Part shown: in pieces, positions 8,909 to 15,147 of the stretch
Layout: each line of letters starts with the position of its first letter
Position numbering within the stretch: position 1 is the stretch's first letter
Assembly: GCA_043806595.1 (NCBI GenBank)
Contig: JAZDGU010000041.1
Span: forward strand, 1 to 16,470
DNA length: 16,470 nucleotides
Direction: 5' to 3'
Origin: Candidatus Micrarchaeota archaeon
GTDB lineage: Archaea; Micrarchaeota; Micrarchaeia; Norongarragalinales; SBBD01
Notes under the pieces: model-generated
What the model saw: only the letters and a program-made list of their open reading frames with translations
What the model was told of the DNA's origin: nothing
The model's database searches: none
Program-made: the position numbers and the translations under genes

Positions 8909-9607
8909 TCAGTGCAGGCTCTCCCAGAGGATCTCCTCGCGGGCGTCGATGCTGATGCCGTTGTCCGTGATCTCGAACGGGTGGACGCGCTTGTCGTTGT
9001 CCGTGCCCCTCATCTTGCGCACGAACACGGAACGGTGCGGCGGGTAGAAGAACGCCTGGATGACGCCGTCGGTGAGGAATTCCTCGACGCCGAACCGCGA
9101 GATGTCCTGCTTGCCGCCCGCCGTCTCGGACGTGAGGATGGTGGTGACGTTCAGCTTGCGGAGCTCTTCGATGAGGACGTAAATCGCGTAGCGCAGCTTC
9201 GCCGGGTCGTCGATCCAGAAGGAGAACGCGGTGATGCTGTCGATGACGAGCCGCTTGGGCTGGAGCTCGCGGGCCTTGTCGAGGATCCTCTTGGTCTGGC
9301 CCTCGATGTCGTCCTTCATGTCGAGGTTCGGCTCGAACTTGAAAATCTTGAGCAGGCCCTGCTTCTCCAAAGGAAGAAGGTCCCACTTGAAGCGCTGCAT
9401 GTTCCACCACAGGTTGTGCGGGCCCTCCTCGAGGGTTATGTAGATTCCGCGCTCGCCGTAGTCGCGCGCCCCGTAGTAGAGGTATTGCAGGCACATGATG
9501 CTCTTGCCGCAGCCCGGGCCGCCGGACAGGAGTATGCTCGAGGACTCCGGGAACCCGCCCTCGATCAGGTCGTCGAGGCCTGGGATGCCGCTCTTGATTC
9601 GGTTCAT
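8909..9607 (-). CDS. Single-domain KaiC/RAD55-family RecA-superfamily ATPase
   Basis: RIKSGIPGLDDLIEGG, Walker A GGPGCGKS, YITLEE, Walker B LVIDSIT, EEFLTDGVI, RKMRGT. ATG 9607 chosen (TTG 9613 alternative). Confidence 0.92.
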   Translation of the reverse strand: MNRIKSGIPGLDDLIEGGFPESSSILLSGGPGCGKSIMCLQYLYYGARDYGERGIYITLEEGPHNLWWNMQRFKWDLLPLEKQGLLKIFKFEPNLDMKDDIEGQTKRILDKARELQPKRLVIDSITAFSFWIDDPAKLRYAIYVLIEELRKLNVTTILTSETAGGKQDISRFGVEEFLTDGVIQAFFYPPHRSVFVRKMRGTDNDKRVHPFEITDNGISIDAREEILWESLH

Positions 9608-9674
9608 TTGCAAACGCCCTGCGGCATTCTTGAGACGGCAGAGTTTTTTAAGGCTACTCCGGCCTGAGGCGCGC

Positions 9675-10217
9675 TCAGGCGAAGCCCGGCTTCTTCACGC
9701 GGAAGCCGGCGAGCATGAGCCACGCGCAGGCAAGCACCGCCGCGTACAGAAGCCAGTCCGCGGAAGGCGCGAGATACGACTGGAGGTAGAACGCGGACAC
9801 GACGAGAAACGCCGCCGCGGGTATCGGCAGGCCGTAGTAGACGCCCTTCTCCTTCTGCAGGTTGAAGCGCGCGAGCCTCAGGATTCCCGCCGCAAGGAAC
9901 AGCACCGAGAAGGACACGGCGAAGATGGAATTGAAGTTGAAGACGGACACGAGCACCGCCGGGAACACGCCGAACGAGACGACGTCGGCAAGCGAGTCCA
10001 GCTGGATGCCGAGCGCGTTGCCCTTCCCAGTCTTCCTAGCGACAAAGCCGTCGATGTAGTCGAAGAAGAGCGCCGCCAGCAGGAAGAAGAACGGCGCGTA
10101 AAAATACTTCGCGAAGGAATACGCCAGCAAAGCCGACACGATCGCGATGAAGCCGCTCGCGGCGTTGGCAAGAGAAAGGTAATCCTTCGCGCTCAATTCA
10201 TCGAACAGGCCTGCCAT
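9675..10217 (-). CDS. pssA: CDP-alcohol phosphatidyltransferase (PssA/archaetidylserine synthase-like)
   Basis: DYIDGFVARK...GIQLDSLADVVSFGVFP family motif plus LRLARFN and YYGLPIPAAA typical of PssA; multiple TM helices; GGTGGTG SD before ATG 10217. Confidence 0.85.
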   Translation of the reverse strand: MAGLFDELSAKDYLSLANAASGFIAIVSALLAYSFAKYFYAPFFFLLAALFFDYIDGFVARKTGKGNALGIQLDSLADVVSFGVFPAVLVSVFNFNSIFAVSFSVLFLAAGILRLARFNLQKEKGVYYGLPIPAAAFLVVSAFYLQSYLAPSADWLLYAAVLACAWLMLAGFRVKKPGFA

Positions 10218-10269
10218 AAGCACACCACCACAACAACGGGAACACGGTCCGGAGATACCAATGCAAGCC

Positions 10270-10290
10270 TCTTTATATTTGTTAATTATC
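10270..10290. promoter_or_regulatory. AT-rich divergent promoter region (TATA boxes) for the tRNA (+) and pssA (-)
   Basis: TTTATATT at 10272-10279, ~27 nt before the tRNA 5' end; reads AATATAAA on the minus strand toward pssA. Confidence 0.6.
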
Positions 10291-10305
10291 CCAATGAATC
10301 GCCAA

Positions 10306-10458
10306 GGGCTCGTAGCTCAGCCTGGTCCAGAGCGCCAACCTCTGCCGTCAAGCAGGGCAGGGGGCGCAGGTCTTATACGACGCCTTCCCCGGCGCAGCGC
10401 GCCGCGGGCAGGGGACTAGGAGAACTGGATGTCCCGGGTTCAAATCCCGGCGGGCCCA
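10306..10458 (+). tRNA. tRNA-Ile(UAU) with two BHB introns (exons 10306-10337, 10370-10377, 10423-10458; introns 10338-10369 at 29/30 and 10378-10422 at 37/38)
   Basis: Acceptor GGGCTCG/CGGGCCC plus A73; D stem GCTC/GAGC; T arm CCGGG-TTCAAAT-CCCGG; variable loop ATGTC. After removing both introns the anticodon arm is CCAGT-CTTATAA-ACTGG (5/5 pairs, U33, anticodon TAT, A37, A38). Both introns have 3-nt bulge / 4-bp helix / 3-nt bulge junctions. CCA is not encoded. Confidence 0.92.
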
Positions 10459-10484
10459 TGAAAATTACGCAACAGGTATTCGGC

Positions 10485-11114
10485 ATGAGATTCAAGGCGG
10501 TAATATTCGACATGGACGGGGTGCTCGCGGACTCGCTGGACGCGTACTTCCTCGCGGAGAAGCACGCCCTCGAGGCCGCCGGCGTGCGGGTGTCGGACGG
10601 ATACCTGCACTCGTACAGCGGCATGCCGTCGACGGTCATGATGAGGTCCGTGCTGGAGCCGCTCGGCCGCGGTGCGGAGGTCGGCAGATGGTACGAGGTC
10701 ATGGAGGACCGCCTCATGGACGCCCTCAAGGAGAGCCTGGAGCCGGTCAAGGGCGCGCCCGAGGCCGTGGCCGAGCTGAAGAGTCGGGGTTTCAAGCTCG
10801 CAGTGGCCTCGAGCAGCAAGCGCAGGTTCGTCGAGTTCGCGCTCGAAAAAATAGGGATGGCGAAGGAATTCGCCGCGATCGTATGCTTCGACGACGTGGG
10901 AAAGGGCAAGCCCGAGCCGGACGTCTTCCTGCGCGCGGCCGAGCTGCTCGGCGTCAAACCGCAGGAATGCGTCGTGGTCGAGGACGCGGCGAACGGCGTC
11001 GAGGCGGCGCACCGCGCGGGCATGAAATGCATCGCACTCGAGCCGGAAGCCGGCGGCAAGCTGGAGGCGGATTGGAAAATCACGCAACTGGAACAGCTGC
11101 TGGAAATCGTCTAG
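10485..11114 (+). CDS. HAD-superfamily phosphatase (beta-phosphoglucomutase/CbbY-like)
   Basis: KAVIFDMDGVLADS (motif I), LAVASSS (II), KGKPEPDVF (III), VVVEDAANGVEAA (IV). The real gene is the C-terminal part of the listed 9495..11114 ORF; stop overlaps the convergent GT stop (CTAG 11111-11114). Confidence 0.9.
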   Translation: MRFKAVIFDMDGVLADSLDAYFLAEKHALEAAGVRVSDGYLHSYSGMPSTVMMRSVLEPLGRGAEVGRWYEVMEDRLMDALKESLEPVKGAPEAVAELKSRGFKLAVASSSKRRFVEFALEKIGMAKEFAAIVCFDDVGKGKPEPDVFLRAAELLGVKPQECVVVEDAANGVEAAHRAGMKCIALEPEAGGKLEADWKITQLEQLLEIV

Positions 11115-12271
11115 CCCTCGAAGACCTGCCGGTAGAGTTCTTCATAGCCTTTCGCGGACTGGTCCCACGTGAAGCGGTTCTCGCAGCGCCTTCGGCCCTC
11201 GATGCTGAATTTCTTGCGAAGGCCCTCGTCGTCGAGCAGCCTCTGGATCTTGTTCTGCAGGTCGCCGATGTTGCGGGGTTCGGCGAGGAAGCCGCACTCG
11301 GGCGTGATTATCTCGGGGATTCCGCCGATGTCGCTGCCGATGACGGGCTTTCCCGCGGCCATCGCCTCGCACACGACCATCCCGAACGGCTCCCAGACGG
11401 ACGCGAGGACGAAGAACTCGCACGCCGCATAGAGCTGCGTGAGGTCGGCCTCGGTGATCTTCTGCGTGATGAAGAAGACGTCCTTGGCGATGCCGAGGCT
11501 CGAGGCCTCCTGCCTCAGCACGGCCTCGAGAGGCCCCTTGCCCAGAATGACGAGCGCGGCGTCCTTCTCCTCCTCGCGAATCTTCGCGAAGGCCTGGAGC
11601 AGGTAGGAAAAGCCCTTCTGGGGCATTAGCCTCGCTATGCTCAGGATGAGCCTCTTCTGGGGCAGCCCGTAGCGCTTGCGGACGTCCTCCTCCTTGTTCC
11701 GCGGGTGGTAGAGGTCGACGTCGACGCCGTTGTAGATCACGCGCGACTTGCCCAGAAACGGCTTGGGGGCGGTGATTTCCATGGTGTTGGCGCTGACCGC
11801 GGCGAGCGCGTGGCACGCGCCGAGGATTTTCTTGCCGATGACGCAGTCGTAGAGGTCGCCGAAGAAGTCGGTCGCGGGGTCGATGCCCTTGAGGCGGGCG
11901 TTGTGCAGCGTCCAGCCGACCTTCTGCCTCCCGATACGCTTGGAGACCGCGACGTCGAGGAGCGTGTAGAAGAAGCGGTTGTGGAAGTGGAAGACGTCGT
12001 GCCTGCCGGTCTCCGCGAGCAGCGCGGAGAGGAAGAACGGGGATACCGGCGCCGGCGGAGGCACGGGCTTGGGGAGCTCGCTGAAAATCATGCACGGCAC
12101 GCGCTTGACCTTGACGCCGTCGAGTTCCTCGAATTTCTTCGTGCCGGGGACCTGCGCCGTCAGGACGGTTACGTCGTTCCGCTTGGCGAGCCTGCGGGAC
12201 ACCTCCAGCACGTGCTTCTCCGTGCCGCCCTGGTACGGGAAGAAGAACGGGTTCAGCATGAGGAAATCCAT
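11111..12271 (-). CDS. GT4-family glycosyltransferase (GT-B fold)
   Basis: FFPYQGGTEKHV, VIYNGVD, ARLMPQKGF, EPFGMVVCEAMAAGKPVIGSDIGGIPE (EX7E), FTWD; GGTGA SD. Confidence 0.93.
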   Translation of the reverse strand: MDFLMLNPFFFPYQGGTEKHVLEVSRRLAKRNDVTVLTAQVPGTKKFEELDGVKVKRVPCMIFSELPKPVPPPAPVSPFFLSALLAETGRHDVFHFHNRFFYTLLDVAVSKRIGRQKVGWTLHNARLKGIDPATDFFGDLYDCVIGKKILGACHALAAVSANTMEITAPKPFLGKSRVIYNGVDVDLYHPRNKEEDVRKRYGLPQKRLILSIARLMPQKGFSYLLQAFAKIREEEKDAALVILGKGPLEAVLRQEASSLGIAKDVFFITQKITEADLTQLYAACEFFVLASVWEPFGMVVCEAMAAGKPVIGSDIGGIPEIITPECGFLAEPRNIGDLQNKIQRLLDDEGLRKKFSIEGRRRCENRFTWDQSAKGYEELYRQVFEG

Positions 12272-12369
12272 TTTTTCACCATTGGGGAAGGGGGAGAGGC
12301 GACACGCGTAGGGGGAAACCGAAGGCGTCCCCCTGAGGTGTCAACGGGTTCAGCATGAGGAAATCCATT
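12246..12369. repeat. 27-bp perfect direct repeat (12246-12272 and 12343-12369) flanking a 70-bp hairpin-containing insert
   Basis: AACGGGTTCAGCATGAGGAAATCCATT occurs twice and is the reverse complement of the GT gene start. The spacer carries the inverted repeat GACAC..AGGGGGA..CC-GAA-GG..TCCCCCT..GTGTC (12301-12342). Confidence 0.9.
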
Positions 12370-12437
12370 GGCTTTGCAACCTGCAAGATTGCTAGCGCTG
12401 CGGGATTTATAAAACGGATTCAAGACGGGGTTGCCTG

Positions 12438-12701
12438 TTACCTGTTCTTGAGGCCTTCGAGCTCGCTCATCAGGCTCCAGATCATCGTGCGCGCGTGCAT
12501 CGGGAGGTTGATGTCGTTGCTGACCTCGTCGAGCGCGTAAACCGCCGACGAAATCGCCACGTCGACCTCCTCCCCGGTCTTGAGCTTGCCCTGGGCCTCC
12601 TGTAGCCTCGCGCGGACGTTGCGCGGGATGGAATTGTCCTGCACCATGACGTCCAGCATCTGGATTATCTGCTCAAGCTCGGACTTCTCGATTTTCGCCA
12701 T
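12438..12701 (-). CDS. UPF0147 family archaeal protein
   Basis: DNSIPRNVR...LDEVSNDINLPMHARTMIWSLMSELE matches the UPF0147 signature; 87 aa, helical. Confidence 0.88.
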   Translation of the reverse strand: MAKIEKSELEQIIQMLDVMVQDNSIPRNVRARLQEAQGKLKTGEEVDVAISSAVYALDEVSNDINLPMHARTMIWSLMSELEGLKNR

Positions 12702-12822
12702 TCGGCATTTCGACCCTGTTCTGGGGGAGGATGCAAAGACTATAATAAATCCGTGCCCCTGAAACTAGAATACACTGGCACGGTCAGGTTAATAATACAG
12801 CACGTTCGCGGGAGTGAAAAAA

Positions 12823-13485
12823 ATGCTCGACACGCATATATGGAGGAAACTGAAGCGCGGGCCGCAGGTCGTTTCCCCGAAGGACGCCGGCGCGATAGTC
12901 GCGCAGACCGGCGTGAGGAGCGGGGATTCCGTTATAGACGCCGGGACGGGCAGCGGCTGGCTAGCGATATTTTTGGGGAGCGTCGTCGCCCCCGGCGGGA
13001 AGGTCATCTCGTACGAGAACCGGCCCGATTTCGCCGAGCTCGCGCGCGGCAACGTCAGGAGGGCGGGGCTGGACGGCGTCGTGGAAGTCAAGGAGAAGGA
13101 CGCGATGCACGGATTCGACGAGGAAGGCGTGGATTTGATTACATTGGACCTCGCGGACGCGGAGAAGGCGCTTGCCCACGCCGAGAAGGCGCTCAAAATG
13201 CACGGCTGGATTGCGGGCTACTTCCCGAACGTCGAGCAGGTGCAGCGCTTCGCGGCGGAGGCCGCGAGGCTCAAGCTCAGGCACGCGAGGACCGTCGAGG
13301 TGCAGGAGCGGGAGTGGAAGATACGCAGCTACGGCTGCAGGCCGGAGAACGTCGGCATGCAGTTCACGGGCTTCCTGTGCTTCCTGCAGAAGGTCGGCGC
13401 CGCGGAATTCGACAGGGAAGCCGAGGAAAACGGCAGGAGGAAGGCCGGCAGGCGCGACCGACGCATCCGCGAGAAGCTCGGTTGA
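12823..13485 (+). CDS. trmI: tRNA (adenine-57/58-N1)-methyltransferase, catalytic domain only
   Basis: KRGPQVVSPKD, IDAGTGSGWL (SAM motif I), ISYENRPDF, ITLDL, YFPNVEQV, RP...FTGFL. GGAGTGA SD favours ATG 12823 (GTG 12814 alternative). Confidence 0.88.
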   Translation: MLDTHIWRKLKRGPQVVSPKDAGAIVAQTGVRSGDSVIDAGTGSGWLAIFLGSVVAPGGKVISYENRPDFAELARGNVRRAGLDGVVEVKEKDAMHGFDEEGVDLITLDLADAEKALAHAEKALKMHGWIAGYFPNVEQVQRFAAEAARLKLRHARTVEVQEREWKIRSYGCRPENVGMQFTGFLCFLQKVGAAEFDREAEENGRRKAGRRDRRIREKLG

Positions 13486-13506
13486 CCGCCCCCCCGCCCA
13501 GGCACA

Positions 13507-14175
13507 GTATAAATATCCCCACCCTGAAGGGCCAGCCTCGGGGCGAGGCTGGCTCTCGCCCGTTTTGGGCGAGAGTGGGGTTTTTACGAGTAGTTTGACA
13601 GCGACCTTTGGTGCGGGTCGTTGTCGTACTTAACGTAGTGGCGGGCGATTTGCAGCGTCGTGTCGCCGACGCTGCGATAAAACTTGCCGGGAGACCATAA
13701 GTGTCCTCCCCAGTATCGCTCTCTCAGCTTCGGAAACTGAGCGAACAAATCGTGCGCTGACGCGCCCTTCAAGTACTGCATTGCGCTCGAAATCGAGAGC
13801 GTAGGCGGGACCACGGCAATGGCGTGCACGTGGTCAGGCATTACGCTCAATTCCATTAGCTCTAGGCCGTGCCGTGCTGCGGCACGGCGAAGGCTCTCCT
13901 CGCAAGCCTTTAATATGACCGCTTCGCTGAAGATTGCGAAGCGGTATTTCGGACACCACTCGAAGTGGAACGCCGACTGCCCGACGCTGTGCGCGTTACG
14001 CGCCAAGCTCTCGCTAACCGAACCGCTCATGCGATTACCTCAACGGCGGCGCACTTACTGGCCCGGCGGCAGCCGGGCCGCGCCGCCGCTAGGTAATTCG
14101 AAGATGCAACAAGAGTAAAAATCGCGGGCTGATTCATCCATCGGCTTCAAAGCCGAGGATTTCTCAGCCCAAAGG
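13507..14175 (-). mobile_element. IS200/IS605-family element, TnpA-only (IS200-like); boundaries approximate
   Basis: Y1 transposase flanked by subterminal hairpins: left end GGGCTGAGAAATCCTCGGCTTTGAAGCCGATGGATGAATCAGCCC (14126-14170, minus strand), right end CCCCA...CCCTTCAGGGTGGGG (13517-13580). No tnpB and no obvious target duplication. Confidence 0.8.
13584..14030 (-). CDS. tnpA: IS200/IS605 HUH Y1 transposase
   Basis: HFEWCPKYR, MPDHVH (HUH), YLKGASA, HLWSPGKFYRSVG, IARHYVK (catalytic Tyr); 148 aa; GAGGT SD. Confidence 0.95.
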   Translation of the reverse strand: MSGSVSESLARNAHSVGQSAFHFEWCPKYRFAIFSEAVILKACEESLRRAAARHGLELMELSVMPDHVHAIAVVPPTLSISSAMQYLKGASAHDLFAQFPKLRERYWGGHLWSPGKFYRSVGDTTLQIARHYVKYDNDPHQRSLSNYS

Positions 14176-14226
14176 CATTAAAAATCCGTCAACGCAAAGG
14201 TTCATTACCCGAGTAGAGGTGGTTTC

Positions 14227-14541
14227 ATGCCAATCGAGGAGGCGTTCAAGGAGATGGTCGAGGGTCACAAGGCAAAGCCGAGCCAAGTGTCCGCGCTCAC
14301 AGACAAATATCTCGGGGCAAGAGTAAACACTCGCAGCTTTTCAGTCCACTTGGCGATTCCGTCCGAGCACGAGCAAGCGGTCAGGAAAAAAATTAGGCTT
14401 CTTGGAAGTCACGCCGAGGTTGATTCGCGCTGGGAAAGAGACGGAGTGTTTCTTAACATTACAAGTAAAGAAAAAGCGCTTATAAAGTCGATGGAGGCGG
14501 CGCACGCCTTGTTGAAAAAAGCCGCTCAGGATAGGACGTAG
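14227..14541 (+). CDS. Hypothetical protein (104 aa)
   Basis: Strong GAGGTGGT SD and upstream TTAAAAA box; more AT-rich than neighbours; 3' end overlaps the convergent protease gene by 16 nt. No family recognised. Confidence 0.6.
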   Translation: MPIEEAFKEMVEGHKAKPSQVSALTDKYLGARVNTRSFSVHLAIPSEHEQAVRKKIRLLGSHAEVDSRWERDGVFLNITSKEKALIKSMEAAHALLKKAAQDRT

Positions 14542-15140
14542 GGCAGCGCGTCCCGGATGGAATACGCCCGGCGGATGGTGATGTTCCTCGCGAGCTCGTC
14601 CTCGAAGCGCACCGACTGGCCCCCGGAAACCACGAAGACCGAGCGGTCGGCGCGCTCCGCGGCAATGATCTTCTCCTCTATGCCGCCGACGGGCTGGAGG
14701 ATGCCCTCCTCGTCCAGCACGGCGCTGATTGCCGCATCCGGATTGAGCTTCCTGCCGGATTCGAGCGCGATGAGCGCGGCCGCAAATAGCGCTCCCGCGC
14801 TTTCCCCGGATACCTCGCGAAAGCCGTCCGACTCTACGTCAAGCACGATGTCGTAGTTCGCCAGCCTCACGCCGAGGTAGTTCTCCGCGGCCGAACGCGC
14901 CTTGCGGAGCGCGGAGTCGGTGTCCTCGCGGTATGCGACGGATTCCACGTTTATCAGCAGCCTGCCCGGCCCGGGCTGGAGGGACATCCTGAATCCCACG
15001 AGCCTGCCCTTGCCGTCCTCAGTGATTGCGGGCGCCGAGAAGGCGATGCTCTTCGGCACCGGCACAGCAAAATATCCCAGCGCCACCGCGAGCACGAAAG
15101 CGGCAAGGATGACGAGCGCGTGGAAGTTCTTCTTTCTCAT
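14526..15140 (-). CDS. Membrane-anchored S16 (Lon-like proteolytic domain) Ser-Lys protease
   Basis: Start moved to ATG 15140 (MRKKNFHALVILAAFVLAVALGYF, TM). PGPGRLLIN, VSGESAGALFA (catalytic Ser), PVGGIEEKIIAA (catalytic Lys). No AAA+ domain. SD GGAGTGA includes the upstream stop codon. Confidence 0.85.
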   Translation of the reverse strand: MRKKNFHALVILAAFVLAVALGYFAVPVPKSIAFSAPAITEDGKGRLVGFRMSLQPGPGRLLINVESVAYREDTDSALRKARSAAENYLGVRLANYDIVLDVESDGFREVSGESAGALFAAALIALESGRKLNPDAAISAVLDEEGILQPVGGIEEKIIAAERADRSVFVVSGGQSVRFEDELARNITIRRAYSIRDALPYVLS

Positions 15141-15147
15141 GCAATTC

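Noticed and set aside
8909..9607. Circadian clock KaiC
   Set aside because: Single domain, no kaiA or kaiB nearby; it belongs to the common archaeal KaiC-like/RAD55 group.
10335..10428. Single-intron reading as tRNA-Gln(CTG) (CCAAC-CT-CTG...) or as a pseudo-tRNA
   Set aside because: CCAAC pairs only 3 of 5 with ACTGG, position 37 would be C, and no BHB supports that junction. The two-intron model gives 5/5 pairs and two BHB motifs.
9495..10484. N-terminal ~330 aa of the listed 539-aa ORF 9495..11114
   Set aside because: It is antisense to kaiC-like and pssA genes and runs through the tRNA; HAD motif I begins just after ATG 10485. The in-frame ATG at 10458 overlaps the tRNA discriminator base and is less plausible.
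12246..12369. 27-bp direct repeat as a mini-CRISPR array
   Set aside because: Only two copies, a 70-bp spacer, the repeat is protein-coding sequence, and no cas genes are present.
13584..14541. TnpB/IscB RNA-guided nuclease associated with tnpA
   Set aside because: No ORF with RuvC or zinc-finger motifs; the neighbouring 104-aa ORF is too short and lies outside the end hairpin.
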